DNA of 64,000 nucleotides from a bacterium (lineage in GTDB: Bacteria; Patescibacteriota; Patescibacteriia; Patescibacteriales; XYC2-FULL-47-12), in assembly GCA_030698385.1 (NCBI GenBank), contig JAUYLZ010000008.1:1430-65429 (forward strand). Reading direction: 5' to 3'. Under the pieces are notes generated by a model that saw only the letters and a program-made list of their open reading frames with translations, searched no databases and had not been told where the DNA came from. Each line of letters opens with the position of its first letter. Position 1 is the stretch's first letter. A program made the position numbers and the translations under genes. Below, piece after piece: positions 19,585 through 29,891 of the stretch.

Positions 19585-21297
19585 ATGTCAATTTTTATTG
19601 AACTATCAATTATCATCGTCATTGCCACGCTAATCGCGGCGGTAATGCATATTCTGCGCCAGCCGCTGATTATTAGCTATATTCTGACCGGCCTTGTGGT
19701 TGGACCGAGTTTATTAAATATATTGCAAACCACCGAAGTCCTCAATGTATTTTCTGAAATCGGCATCGCGCTGCTATTATTTATTGTCGGCCTGGGACTA
19801 AACCCAAAGCTAATCAAAGAAGTTGGGTTCGTGTCGCTAATTACCGGCACCGGACAAGTTATTTTTACGGCGCTGGTCGGTTTTATTATTACTCTGGCCT
19901 TGGGTTTTCCGCCGGTAGCGGCAATATATATCGCCATTGCTCTGACATTTTCCAGCACAATCATTATCGTCAAACTTTTATCAGACAAAGGCGATATGCA
20001 AAAACTCTATGGCAAAATCGCGCTGGGATTTTTACTGGTTCAGGATGTAATTGCCACGCTTATTCTAATCGGCATGTCGGCTTTTTCGGTTGGCAACAAT
20101 TTAAGCGAGGTAGTAATTTCTATCTCTCTAAAAGGCTTTGTTTTAATCGCCGCCGCCATTGTCGTTAGCCACTACCTTCTGCCGCGCCTCAGCGCTTTTT
20201 TCGCCAGTTCGCAGGAATTTTTATTTCTCTTCTCCATCGCCTGGGGGCTTGGCTTGGCCAGCGCTTTTCATCTATACGGCTTCTCCATAGAAATCGGCGC
20301 GCTGGTTGCCGGTATTAGCCTCTCCATTTCTCCTTATCAGCTGGAGATATCGGCCAAGATGAAGCCGTTGCGCGATTTTTTCATCGTTCTATTCTTTATC
20401 CTGCTGGGATCAAAAATGACTTTGGGCGCGGTCGGCGCGTTAATTATTCCGGCAATAATTCTTTCGCTGTTTGTATTAATAGGCAACCCGATAATTGTCA
20501 TGATTATAATGGGTTTAATGGGATATAACAAAAAAGTTTCATTTTTCGCCGGTTTAACTGTTGCGCAAATTTCCGAATTCTCATTAATTATCATTTTGCT
20601 TGGCGTTAAACTCGGCGCGATTCCGGCGCCGGATGAAGTGCTTTCGCTGGTCACCATGATTGGTTTGGTAACAATAGCCATTTCTACCTATCTAATTCTG
20701 TACGCTGATCGTATTTACCCGCTTTTATCAAAAATTCTGATAATTTTTGAACGAAAAAAAGCCCGGCAAACCATTGATAAGCCAAAACGATATGACATCA
20801 TGCTCTTCGGACATAATCGAATTGGCTATGATTTTTTGAAAAGTTTTAATAAGCTGAAGAAAAAACATTTAGTGATTGATTTTGATCCAAAAATTATCGC
20901 TTACCTGAAACGACAAAATATTGACTGCCATTATGGCGACGCTGACGATATGGAATTTCTGGACGAACTCGGTTTAGACAAGGTTAGGCTTGTGGTCAGC
21001 ACTATTCCGGAATTTAAAACTAATCTATTGCTTGTCCGCCGCGTCAGACAAAATAATAAAAATGCGATTATAATTATTATTTCCCACAATATCGCCGAGG
21101 CTGAAAAACTCTATGAACACGGCGCTTCCTATGTTGTTCTGCCGCACTTTCTAGGCGGCCAGCACACGGCGGAGATGATTGAAAAGTTTGGTTTAAAGCG
21201 CGGCGCTTACAATCAAGAAAGATCGCGGCATCTGGAATATCTGCAAGTGCGTAAAAATATCGGCCATGAACATCCGGTGCGTGAAAGTGAAAGATAA
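19585..21297 (+). CDS. CPA2-family cation:proton antiporter with a C-terminal RCK/TrkA-N domain
   Basis: About 12 TM helices of Na+/H+-exchanger type, then a Rossmann-like segment (MLFGHNRIGYDF…). Confidence 0.8.
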   Translation: MSIFIELSIIIVIATLIAAVMHILRQPLIISYILTGLVVGPSLLNILQTTEVLNVFSEIGIALLLFIVGLGLNPKLIKEVGFVSLITGTGQVIFTALVGFIITLALGFPPVAAIYIAIALTFSSTIIIVKLLSDKGDMQKLYGKIALGFLLVQDVIATLILIGMSAFSVGNNLSEVVISISLKGFVLIAAAIVVSHYLLPRLSAFFASSQEFLFLFSIAWGLGLASAFHLYGFSIEIGALVAGISLSISPYQLEISAKMKPLRDFFIVLFFILLGSKMTLGAVGALIIPAIILSLFVLIGNPIIVMIIMGLMGYNKKVSFFAGLTVAQISEFSLIIILLGVKLGAIPAPDEVLSLVTMIGLVTIAISTYLILYADRIYPLLSKILIIFERKKARQTIDKPKRYDIMLFGHNRIGYDFLKSFNKLKKKHLVIDFDPKIIAYLKRQNIDCHYGDADDMEFLDELGLDKVRLVVSTIPEFKTNLLLVRRVRQNNKNAIIIIISHNIAEAEKLYEHGASYVVLPHFLGGQHTAEMIEKFGLKRGAYNQERSRHLEYLQVRKNIGHEHPVRESER

Positions 21298-21305
21298 AAA
21301 AAATA

Positions 21306-21337
21306 ATACCGTCCGAAAACTCCTGGACGGTATTTTT
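21306..21337. terminator. Bidirectional terminator between convergent genes
   Basis: Stem ataccgtcc/ggacggtat followed by a T-run. Confidence 0.6.
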
Positions 21338-21355
21338 GAAAGTTCAAACAAAAAA

Positions 21356-22363
21356 TTATGAAGCCGGCAGACTAATGGCAATAATAAAACTTCCTAGTAT
21401 GCCAACCGGAAAAGCGCTCAATTCGCCCCAACTGATTTCCTCCTTTTCGCTAAAAAGATAAAATCCAATGAGACAGCGAAATACCGACTGACCCACCATA
21501 TAGAGCGGCTGGTAAGCGGTAACCGGAGCGCGCTGCCCCGCCCAAAATCCAATCAGCATTGCCAGCCAGACACAAAAAGCAAATAGGGGGATTAAAAATT
21601 TTGGGTGATTCTTAAGAATGATCAACAGCTCTCCCAACTTAGCCCGAATCTTTCCTTTCTGAGACAGGGCATTCAAGATAACATTAATTTTTTTTCCATT
21701 GGCAATCACACCATCATGACTATAAAAAAGAATTAAGCTCGCGCCAACGGATGACCCAAAATACCAACCAACTAACCATTCAACCGGCGTCATATCTTGG
21801 AGATTACAGTAGCGTATTAAAAAATACGCCACGCCCCAAGGCACACTATAACCCATGACCCAGCCGAGCAACCTCCAATTGCTTTCACCGACCAGTTTCT
21901 TTTTATCATAACAAATTAACATACCGGCGGCAGTAACACACAATATAATTCCAGTTATGAGGCTAGTATTTAAAAACTCAGTTTCTTTTAAGAGCCAGTA
22001 CCCTAGCCCCATGGCGATCAAATCGTCCGGCTGCATGAGAATGGCTGTCTTGCTTAAACTGATATCAACCGCTCGCCATTGGCAGTAGCAGGCCAGACTA
22101 TTTGCCAATCCGACAATAGCCACAATAATTATTAATGGCACAGCGACTACTCCAAAATTAAATATAGCGAAGGTAAAAATCTGAAGACCAAGTATTGCAG
22201 CAATAAACGTTAGTATAATTGAGAACAACAAACACCACAAAAACTGCTGAAGTAGTAGTTTTTTCTGACAAACTAAACTGGAAACTACTTTCATTAAAAT
22301 TGGACTTATAATAAAAGTAGGAATAAATTTTAGTAATACCGGAATGACCCAATGAATATTCAT
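21356..22363 (-). CDS. Polytopic membrane protein, function unknown
   Basis: About 10 TM helices. I start at MNIHWV, which is preceded by aaaaaggagag. Confidence 0.5.
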   Translation of the reverse strand: MNIHWVIPVLLKFIPTFIISPILMKVVSSLVCQKKLLLQQFLWCLLFSIILTFIAAILGLQIFTFAIFNFGVVAVPLIIIVAIVGLANSLACYCQWRAVDISLSKTAILMQPDDLIAMGLGYWLLKETEFLNTSLITGIILCVTAAGMLICYDKKKLVGESNWRLLGWVMGYSVPWGVAYFLIRYCNLQDMTPVEWLVGWYFGSSVGASLILFYSHDGVIANGKKINVILNALSQKGKIRAKLGELLIILKNHPKFLIPLFAFCVWLAMLIGFWAGQRAPVTAYQPLYMVGQSVFRCLIGFYLFSEKEEISWGELSAFPVGILGSFIIAISLPAS

Positions 22364-22481
22364 TGAAATACTCTCCTTTTTTAAATTGTTATAGAACAAA
22401 TCTTTAATTGATATATCTTACTCTTAATCTTCAAAAATGTCAACCCTTGTTTTATTTTGCGGTATTTTATAGAATTAATAA

Positions 22482-22910
22482 ATGCGAAAATATACGATAA
22501 AAAACTTAACAGACACCAAAAAGCTTGCCGAACAGTTGGCGAGCAGTTTTAAGGGCGGAGAAGTTCTTGGCCTCGTTGGCGATTTGGGCGCGGGCAAAAC
22601 AACCTTCGTACAATTTCTCGCCCAAGTGCTTGGCGTAAAAGATACAGTTAACTCACCGACATTTAACATTATTAAATCATACAAAATCCTAAATCCTAAA
22701 TCTAAAATCAAAAATCTCATTCACATTGACGCTTACCGTCTTAACTCGCCTGAAGAACTGACTGCGCTTGGGGTTGAAGAACATTTTAATGATGAAAAAA
22801 CCGTTACCATCATTGAGTGGGCGGACAAAGTTATGGAAACCTTGCCAAAAAACGCAATAAAGATTAATATCAAATTAGACAAAAATACTCGCACCTTCAA
22901 AATTTCTTAA
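22482..22910 (+). CDS. tsaE: tRNA t6A37 biosynthesis ATPase TsaE
   Basis: Has the P-loop GDLGAGKTTFVQ, SPTF, and the YjeE size and layout. Confidence 0.85.
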   Translation: MRKYTIKNLTDTKKLAEQLASSFKGGEVLGLVGDLGAGKTTFVQFLAQVLGVKDTVNSPTFNIIKSYKILNPKSKIKNLIHIDAYRLNSPEELTALGVEEHFNDEKTVTIIEWADKVMETLPKNAIKINIKLDKNTRTFKIS

Positions 22911-22926
22911 TAAAAGGAGACAAGCA

Positions 22927-23346
22927 ATGAGCTTTTTTCGCAAACTTTTTAATCGAATTAAAAGTTATTACATCTGCCTTGTGTTAAATATTCCATTAGA
23001 ACATTACATTTTTCTCAAAGAAAAAGTACTCGGTAAAAATTCAGATGAAATATTTGGAGAATTAGTTAACGCCCTGCATTTGCGCGATGAAATTAGGGGA
23101 GAACAACTGCGTGGCCGCCAGATAGTTTCAGTTGAAAAAGTCAGCTCTAAAGACCGCATAATCATACAAGCAACTTTAATAAAACCCCTCCGTGCGAAAA
23201 AAGAAATAGCTCAAAAAAAAGATCTTAAACTAAAAGAACAAAAATTGCTTGATTTTAATCACTATAATTCTTCAGTCAGGGCGGAAAAATGGGGAGATGA
23301 CGACACAAATGGTTGGAATAAAATTCAAGTTAGCAGAAAAAAATAA
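22927..23346 (+). CDS. Hypothetical protein
   Basis: An ORF with the SD aaggagacaagca upstream. No motif recognised. Confidence 0.4.
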   Translation: MSFFRKLFNRIKSYYICLVLNIPLEHYIFLKEKVLGKNSDEIFGELVNALHLRDEIRGEQLRGRQIVSVEKVSSKDRIIIQATLIKPLRAKKEIAQKKDLKLKEQKLLDFNHYNSSVRAEKWGDDDTNGWNKIQVSRKK

Positions 23347-23373
23347 GACCGACATGTTTTGCCGGTCCTTTTT

Positions 23374-23778
23374 TTATTCTTCAATGTAGTCGGTCCATTT
23401 CTTCATTTCCTTGCCTTGTTTCTTGAGCAAAGCGTTTTGTATTGTCATTAGACCAAGCAAAGCGCATTTGAGCCGGCGTTCGGAAATTGGCACACCGAGC
23501 ATTTTTTTTATATTAGAAAAATTTAGTTCCAAAATCTCATCAATACTTTTATTTTTAATACTCTCTCCCAAAATAGACATCGCCGCCTGCGAAATCGCGC
23601 AGCCGCCGCCGGTAAACTTAAAAACTTTGATTACCTCATTCTCTACTTTCAAATCAACACTCAATTTATCTCCGCAGGAATAATTAGCTTCATTATGCGC
23701 GAGGTTGCCATCTTTAAGTCGGCCCCGGTTGCGGGGATTCTTATAATGATCAATGATGTTTTGTGAGTAGAGATCCAT
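23374..23778 (-). CDS. sufU: SUF Fe-S scaffold SufU/IscU-like
   Basis: Contains HYKNPRN, NYSCGD and GGGCAISQA with conserved Cys residues. Confidence 0.85.
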   Translation of the reverse strand: MDLYSQNIIDHYKNPRNRGRLKDGNLAHNEANYSCGDKLSVDLKVENEVIKVFKFTGGGCAISQAAMSILGESIKNKSIDEILELNFSNIKKMLGVPISERRLKCALLGLMTIQNALLKKQGKEMKKWTDYIEE

Positions 23779-23786
23779 TTTTTTCT

Positions 23787-23850
23787 GTCATTCCTGCGAA
23801 AGCAGGAATCCACGTCATTTTTTTCTGGATTCCCGCCTTCGCGGGAATGA
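23787..23850. repeat. Two inverted GC-rich palindromic mini-elements (gtcattcc…ggaat family)
   Basis: Comprises gtcattcctgcgaaagcaggaatccac and ctggattcccgccttcgcgggaatgac. Confidence 0.8.
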
Positions 23851-23855
23851 CAATA

Positions 23856-25070
23856 TTACTGAAACTTTTTATAAACCAATGTTAACTCTTTAAAAAATTT
23901 ATCAATTTCTTCTGTTGTATTATAAAAACTCAAACTCGCTCTTAGCGTCGCCTCAAGACTTAAGCTCTCGTGCAGCGGCTGAGCGCAGTGATGGCCGGCG
24001 CGCAGAATAATTCCGCGTTCACCCAAAATATCTGCCGCGTCATGCGGATGTACGCCATCAATCGTAAACGAAAATACCGGCGCGCGATTCTTGCTTTCTT
24101 GGCCGCCAACTAATTTTATGAAATCTAATTGGTTAATTTTTTCTAAAAAATATTCAGTTAATTCTTGTTCGCGTTTTTTAATAATATCAAAGTTTTCCAT
24201 GACAAAATCTATTGCCGCGCCCAAGCCAACGGCGCCGGCAATATTGGGCGTGCCGGCTTCAAAGCGGTGCGGCAATTCGTTCACGGTAAAACTATCCTGA
24301 TGAACCTCCTGAATCATTTCACCGCCGCCCTGCCAAGCCGGCATTTGTTCCAGCAGTTCTTTTCGTGCGTACAAAACGCCGATGCCGGTGGGGCCAAACA
24401 GTTTATGGCCGGAAAATGCCAAGAAATCACAGCCTAATTTTTGTACGTCAATTTTTTCATGAGCAATAAGTTGCGCCGCGTCAACGAGCGTTACGATACC
24501 GCGTTCGCGCGCTTCATCTAACAACGGCTGTAAATTCGTGATCTCACCCAACACATTTGAACAACCGGTGATGGCGAGGAGCTTCACGTTATTTTGCTGG
24601 AGTAGCGTACGCGCTTTTTTAATGTCTAGCTTGTAATCATTGCTTAACGGGATAACGTCAATTTCAATACCAACCTCTTCTTTCAATTGCAGCCATGGGA
24701 CAAAATTTGAGTGATGCTCGGCAATGCTGATCACGACTCTGTCGCCTTTTTTTAAATTTCTCTGCCCCCAGGCCTGCGCGACTAAATTGATGCTCTCGGT
24801 TGTGCCGCTGGTAAAAATAATCTCCGGCGCGCTTTTGGCATTGATAAACTGCGCCACTTTCTGACGCGCTTCTTCATAGAGCTGTGTGGCTTTTTCTCCC
24901 AGCGGATTAAAACTGCGGTGCACGTTTGAATTATATTTTGTATAAAAGTCATTTATCGCGTCCAACACTGCTTGCGGTTTTTGCGCGGTGGCGGCATTAT
25001 CAAAATAAACCAAGGGCTGACCGTTGATTTTTTGGGATAAAATGGGAAATTGCTGACGCAGGTTATTCAT
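23856..25070 (-). CDS. sufS: Cysteine desulfurase SufS (group II)
   Basis: Class-V aminotransferase with SGHKLFGPTGIGVLY (PLP Lys) and RAGHHCAQP (active-site Cys). Confidence 0.9.
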   Translation of the reverse strand: MNNLRQQFPILSQKINGQPLVYFDNAATAQKPQAVLDAINDFYTKYNSNVHRSFNPLGEKATQLYEEARQKVAQFINAKSAPEIIFTSGTTESINLVAQAWGQRNLKKGDRVVISIAEHHSNFVPWLQLKEEVGIEIDVIPLSNDYKLDIKKARTLLQQNNVKLLAITGCSNVLGEITNLQPLLDEARERGIVTLVDAAQLIAHEKIDVQKLGCDFLAFSGHKLFGPTGIGVLYARKELLEQMPAWQGGGEMIQEVHQDSFTVNELPHRFEAGTPNIAGAVGLGAAIDFVMENFDIIKKREQELTEYFLEKINQLDFIKLVGGQESKNRAPVFSFTIDGVHPHDAADILGERGIILRAGHHCAQPLHESLSLEATLRASLSFYNTTEEIDKFFKELTLVYKKFQ

Positions 25071-25863
25071 AACGCTTTTTTGATATTGTTAAAATTTTTT
25101 CTCGTACATCTTTACTATCAATATTTTTTACAAACTCCAAAAACAACCCTTCAATAAATAATCGTTTAGCCTCTGCCGGCGCTAATCCGCGCGAGGAAAG
25201 ATAAAACAGCTCATCACCGGATAAGTTATGCGTCTTGGCCGCGTGACTTGCTTTCACCTCATTATTTTTTATCTCAAGTGACGGCACCATCTCGCTTCTG
25301 GCGTGACTGATTTTGGGTTCAACTCCTGATTTTGGGACTGAACCACCAGACAAACCTAAAATATATGACGACATCTCTAGGCGCGCGTCGGTCCCTGACG
25401 CTCCAGTATTTATTATAATATTTCCGGCACAGCCGCTCTTGGCATTATCGCTTACCAACCCATTAATTACAAACTCGCCTTTCGCATTCTTGCCGGTAAA
25501 TTCATATTTTTCATCAAAACTAAACTGCTGTTCGCCTGTGGCAAAAAAAATAACTCTTTCACTGATACGAGAATCAGCCTTAATTTTGAAATGATTCCTG
25601 GTAATAACATTTCCGCTGCCAAAGTAGCACAAAAAAATATCAACCTGCGCGCCCTCGCCAATGGTAATGGTACGCTCGTTGGTAAAATCCTTCGCCGTGT
25701 CGGTCAACAAAAAAACGTACTGTCCTTGATGCAAGGTAATATCACCTGACTTACTTTTACTGTCTTTATCAACTACTTCGGTAATTGCTTTTTTTTTCTG
25801 GATTCCGAATCTCCTTCGCCAGCCGGCGGATTCGCCCGGAATAACAGTTTGAGTATTGGTCAT
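25063..25863 (-). CDS. sufD: SufD-like Fe-S assembly protein (short form)
   Basis: Has the SufB/D beta-helix C-terminal region (…KASHAAKTHNLSGDELFYLSSRGL…). An alternative TTG start at 25734, preceded by AGGTGA, would exclude the repeat at 25798-25844. Confidence 0.7.
   Translation of the reverse strand: MTNTQTVIPGESAGWRRRFGIQKKKAITEVVDKDSKSKSGDITLHQGQYVFLLTDTAKDFTNERTITIGEGAQVDIFLCYFGSGNVITRNHFKIKADSRISERVIFFATGEQQFSFDEKYEFTGKNAKGEFVINGLVSDNAKSGCAGNIIINTGASGTDARLEMSSYILGLSGGSVPKSGVEPKISHARSEMVPSLEIKNNEVKASHAAKTHNLSGDELFYLSSRGLAPAEAKRLFIEGLFLEFVKNIDSKDVREKILTISKKRYE
25798..25844. repeat. Palindromic mini-element lying in the annotated 5' end of sufD
   Basis: ctggattccgaatctccttcgccagccggcggattcgcccggaat. 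Its left end ttttctggattcc is shared with the element at 23826. Confidence 0.6.
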
Positions 25864-25918
25864 TTTATAATTGGGGCTTGATTAGACATTAAAAATTAAA
25901 AAATTGTCATGGTCAGCT

Positions 25919-27358
25919 TTAGCCGACACTCCCTTCCATCTCCAGCTCAATCATCCGATTCATCTCAATCGCATATTCCAGCGGCAATTCTTTCACAATT
26001 GGATCTATAAAACCATTCACAATCAGGCTAGCTGCGTCCTCATTGCTTAATCCGCGCGAAGTTAAATAAAATATATCTTCAGCTGAAAGCCTGCCGGCCT
26101 TGGCCTCGTGCGCAACTGTGGCGCTTTGGTTATTTATCTTCATCAGCGGTACTGTATCGGTCCGCGACTGATCATCCAGCAAAAGCGCGTCACATTCGAC
26201 ATTGGTAATACAATTTTCGGCGTTGGGCAATATCTCTAATAATCCACGATAAACACTGATGCCGCCGCCGCGGCTGATGCTCTTCATAACTACTTTTGAG
26301 GAAGTATTACTCGCGGCATGAATGACTTTTGCTCCCGTATCCTGCAACTGCCCGGTGTTGGCGAAAGCAACCCCCAAGTGATCGGCGGTCGCGCCCTCAC
26401 CGCGCAGAATTGAACAAGGATAAAGCATCGTAACCTGGCTGCCAAAATTTCCGCCCACCCACTCCATGTGCGCGTTGCTCTCAACCAGCGCTCTTTTTGT
26501 GTTTAGATTGTACGCGTCCTTGCTCCAGCTCTCGACTGACGAATAGCGAAAACGCGCGTTTGCTTTCACATAAATCTCCACACAGCCGGCATGCAGGGAA
26601 TCAATGCCCCAACGCGGCGCCGAACAGCCTTCGATATAGTGTGCTTGCGCGCCTTCTTCTATAACCATCAGCGTATGTTCAAACTGTCCCATGCCGCGCG
26701 CGTTCATGCGAAAATAGGCTTGCAATGGCTGGTCGATTTTTACATTTTTTGGAATATAGAGAAATGTCCCGCCGCTCCAAACCGCGCCGTGCAAAGCGGC
26801 AAACTTGTGCAGACTTGGCTCAACGCATTTCATAAAATATTTTTTTACCAAATCAGGATATTTCTGCAAAGCAACATCCAGATCTTCAAATATTACCCCC
26901 TGCGCCGCGATACTTTTTTTCAGGCTGTGATAGACTACGGTTGATTCATACTGAGCGCCGACACCGGAAAGAAATTTTGTTTCTGCCTCGGGAATTCCCA
27001 ATGCCTCAAAGGTGCTTTTAATATCAGCCGGCACGTCCTTCCAATCGGTTGCCTGCAGGTCGCTGGCTTTGGCATAATAGGTGATCTTATCTAAGTTCAA
27101 ATTGTTCAAATTCGGCCCCCAGCTCGGCAGCGGCATTGTCTGAAATAATTCTAAACTCTTTAACCGATGCTTTAGCATCCACTCCGGCTCATTTTTGTCA
27201 GCGGAAATTTGCCGCACCAAATCCTCATCCAATCCTTGACGGGATGTTTTCATGTAGTCCGACTGGTTGGCGGTTTCCCACGCCTGGGCGGTGGTTGATT
27301 GCTTTGCCCGACCACTAACAAAGTCAGTTGGGCGCGGTTGCTTTTTATTACTAACCAT
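25919..27358 (-). CDS. sufB: Fe-S cluster assembly protein SufB
   Basis: Typical SufB length and blocks (GAQAHYIEGCSAP…, HEAKAGRLSAEDIFYLTSRGL). Confidence 0.9.
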   Translation of the reverse strand: MVSNKKQPRPTDFVSGRAKQSTTAQAWETANQSDYMKTSRQGLDEDLVRQISADKNEPEWMLKHRLKSLELFQTMPLPSWGPNLNNLNLDKITYYAKASDLQATDWKDVPADIKSTFEALGIPEAETKFLSGVGAQYESTVVYHSLKKSIAAQGVIFEDLDVALQKYPDLVKKYFMKCVEPSLHKFAALHGAVWSGGTFLYIPKNVKIDQPLQAYFRMNARGMGQFEHTLMVIEEGAQAHYIEGCSAPRWGIDSLHAGCVEIYVKANARFRYSSVESWSKDAYNLNTKRALVESNAHMEWVGGNFGSQVTMLYPCSILRGEGATADHLGVAFANTGQLQDTGAKVIHAASNTSSKVVMKSISRGGGISVYRGLLEILPNAENCITNVECDALLLDDQSRTDTVPLMKINNQSATVAHEAKAGRLSAEDIFYLTSRGLSNEDAASLIVNGFIDPIVKELPLEYAIEMNRMIELEMEGSVG

Positions 27359-27911
27359 TAATTTTATTTAACTCATTGATAATTTTTTCATAATTAGATT
27401 TGGCAATTTTTTTTCTCTCTAAATTAAATATTCTATTATACATCCAGTCAAACTTATCCCGTACTTTTTGCTGATTAAAATCTTCTCTTTCGGGACAAAT
27501 AAACCCTTCGGCATTTGTCTCAAAAAAACTAATGCTATCGCAATCCATCAATAAATTTTGATCGTCATTGCCCCCAACTTCATGTTTTGATATAAGCATC
27601 ACCACGCGGTCAATTAATTCTTTACTGGCGCTATTTTCTCTTAAAAAATCTGCTATGATTTTAGCTCCAGTATTTTGATGATAAGATAAAAATTCTTTGT
27701 CCAAAAAACCATCCGGGCTATTTTCAAGCTTTTTTACAATCTCTACTTTTCTATTAGCTCGTTCAATGTCATGAGCGTAGGCAGCAATTTGCAGCGCTTC
27801 ATCAGCATCCGACTTTAGTTTCAGAATCCAATACAAAGTGCGTTCAAAATGCTCAGTAAATTTATTCTGAAAAGAATCATTAACAAATTTTTTTACCTTC
27901 TCCAAATACAT
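27351..27911 (-). CDS. HD-domain protein embedded in the suf operon
   Basis: Has the H…HD motif (AAYAHDIERA). It overlaps sufB by 8 nt. Confidence 0.6.
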   Translation of the reverse strand: MYLEKVKKFVNDSFQNKFTEHFERTLYWILKLKSDADEALQIAAYAHDIERANRKVEIVKKLENSPDGFLDKEFLSYHQNTGAKIIADFLRENSASKELIDRVVMLISKHEVGGNDDQNLLMDCDSISFFETNAEGFICPEREDFNQQKVRDKFDWMYNRIFNLERKKIAKSNYEKIINELNKING

Positions 27912-27927
27912 TCGTAATTCTTAATTA

Positions 27928-28683
27928 TTAATTCTTAATTAACTTCTCGTATCCCTCACGCTCCAACTCTTCCACTAACTCATGCCCTCCTGACTTCACA
28001 ATTTTCCCCTCAATCATCACGTGCACATAATCAGGTTTTACGTATTCCAGAATTCGATTGTAGTGAGTAATTATGATAATTGCCCGCTCGGCATTTTTGA
28101 ATCTATTTACCGCGTCTCCGACAATACGCAAAGCGTCAACATCCAGTCCTGAGTCTGTTTCATCAAGAATTGCCAAATCAGGTTCTAACAAAGACATTTG
28201 TAACATTTCAGCTTTTTTCTTTTCGCCGCCGGAAAAGCCAAGGTTCAAACTACGTTCGGCAAAATCCGGTTTTAATTTTAATTCAATAATTTCCGCGTCC
28301 ATTTTTTTACGAAACTCAAACACATCTCCCGAGTACTCGGGATTGACCAAACCTCGAGATTTTGTCAAATTGTTATACGCCATGAATAAAAATCGGTCCA
28401 TTCCAACGCCGGCGATTTCACGCGGATACTGAAATGCCATAAAAATTCCCAGTCCGGCTCTTTCTTCGGATTTTAAATCGTTAATATTTTTATTATTAAA
28501 AATAATCTCGCCGCCGGTTTGCGTAAACTGCGGATTGCCCATGATAACATTCGCGAGCGTGCTCTTGCCAGAACCGTTCGGACCCATAATGACATGAACC
28601 TCTCCTTTTTTAATATTTAAATCAACACCGTTTAAAATGGGTTTGTCTTTAATTCCTGCTTTTAAATTCTTTATCTGCAACAT
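27928..28683 (-). CDS. sufC: Fe-S assembly ATPase SufC
   Basis: Has Walker A GPNGSGKST, signature FSGGEKK and Walker B LAILDETDSGLD. Confidence 0.9.
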   Translation of the reverse strand: MLQIKNLKAGIKDKPILNGVDLNIKKGEVHVIMGPNGSGKSTLANVIMGNPQFTQTGGEIIFNNKNINDLKSEERAGLGIFMAFQYPREIAGVGMDRFLFMAYNNLTKSRGLVNPEYSGDVFEFRKKMDAEIIELKLKPDFAERSLNLGFSGGEKKKAEMLQMSLLEPDLAILDETDSGLDVDALRIVGDAVNRFKNAERAIIIITHYNRILEYVKPDYVHVMIEGKIVKSGGHELVEELEREGYEKLIKN

Positions 28684-28689
28684 AGCTAT

Positions 28690-29835
28690 TTATATTAAAC
28701 GTCTTATTTTTTCTACCGCAACGGGCAAAATTTTCAGAACATAATCAATCTCTGCTTTTGTTGTCGGCTTGCCAAGGCTAAAACGGATTGAGGCGCGGTT
28801 ATCTTTTTCAGACAGACCGCAGGCGCGCAAGACATCGGAACCGCCGCCATCTTTAGCCAAACACGCGGCCGCGGCCGAAACCGCTATGCCACGTCTATCA
28901 AGTTCCAGCAATAATGCCTCGCTATCGGCTTTTTGAAAGGTAATATTGATAATATTTGGCAGGCGTTTAGTCGGATGGCCGTTTATAACCACGTCTTTAA
29001 TATTTTTCTTTATACTTTCAATAAAGTAAACTCGCAACTGTTCCATTTTTTCCAAATAACCCTTGGCTTCTTTTCTGTCAAATTCAGCGGCCAGCGCCAT
29101 CCCGACAACAGCGCCTGTATTTACGGTTGCCGAACGCAATCCCATTTCATGCCCGCCGCCGTGAAGCAATGAATCAATTTTGACGCCAGCTCTGATATAA
29201 AGACAGGCGCCGCCTTTTGGTCCGTAAATTTTTTGTCCGCCGGCTGTTAGTAAATCAATATTCTGGCGATTGACATCAATAGGCATAATGCCAAAAGTTT
29301 GCGCCGCATCGGTATGAAAAAAAACACCCTGCTCGCGGCAAATCTTGCCAATCTCGCCGATTGGTTCAATGGTGCCAATTTCATTATTCACATGCATCAC
29401 TGATACAAGCACGGTATCTTTTCTAATCGTATGTTTAACATCACTTGGACTTACCAAACCGTTTTTATCCACCGGCAGAAAGGTAATTTTAAATCCCTGT
29501 TTTTTTAGCCAGCTTGCCGCTTCCAAAATACACTTATGTTCAACGCTGGAAACGATAATATGCTTGCCTTTGTCTGTATTGGCAAAAGCTACGCCCTTGA
29601 GCGCGAAGTTATTGCTCTCGGTCGCTGAAGACGTAAAAATAATTTCATTTGCTCCGGCTTTAATAACGTCAGCGATTATCTTGCGGCTTTTTTCCAGATC
29701 TTTTTTGGCCTCGCGGCCAAAACCGTGAATGGAATTCGCGTTGCCGAAATTTTTGGAAAAATACGGCTGAATTTTTTTCACCACGCGCGGATCGGCTGGC
29801 GTTGCCGCGGCGTAATCTAAATAAATTTTTTTCAT
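28690..29835 (-). CDS. NifS/IscS-like cysteine desulfurase (group I)
   Basis: Class-V aminotransferase fold with a C-terminal SAAAACLA active-site Cys loop. Confidence 0.85.
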   Translation of the reverse strand: MKKIYLDYAAATPADPRVVKKIQPYFSKNFGNANSIHGFGREAKKDLEKSRKIIADVIKAGANEIIFTSSATESNNFALKGVAFANTDKGKHIIVSSVEHKCILEAASWLKKQGFKITFLPVDKNGLVSPSDVKHTIRKDTVLVSVMHVNNEIGTIEPIGEIGKICREQGVFFHTDAAQTFGIMPIDVNRQNIDLLTAGGQKIYGPKGGACLYIRAGVKIDSLLHGGGHEMGLRSATVNTGAVVGMALAAEFDRKEAKGYLEKMEQLRVYFIESIKKNIKDVVINGHPTKRLPNIINITFQKADSEALLLELDRRGIAVSAAAACLAKDGGGSDVLRACGLSEKDNRASIRFSLGKPTTKAEIDYVLKILPVAVEKIRRLI

Positions 29836-29848
29836 ATTATTTCCTTAT

Positions 29849-29884
29849 GGATTCCCGTCCCGCAGACTGCGGGACGGGAATGAC
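29849..29884. repeat. GC-rich palindromic mini-element
   Basis: ggattcccgtcccgcagactgcgggacgggaatgac. Confidence 0.8.
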
Positions 29885-29891
29885 AAAAAAA

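Noticed and set aside
22676-22716. aaatcct/aaatct microsatellite-like run
   Set aside because: It lies inside tsaE and is read in frame (KILNPKSKIKNL). It is short and degenerate, with no evidence of phase-variable function.
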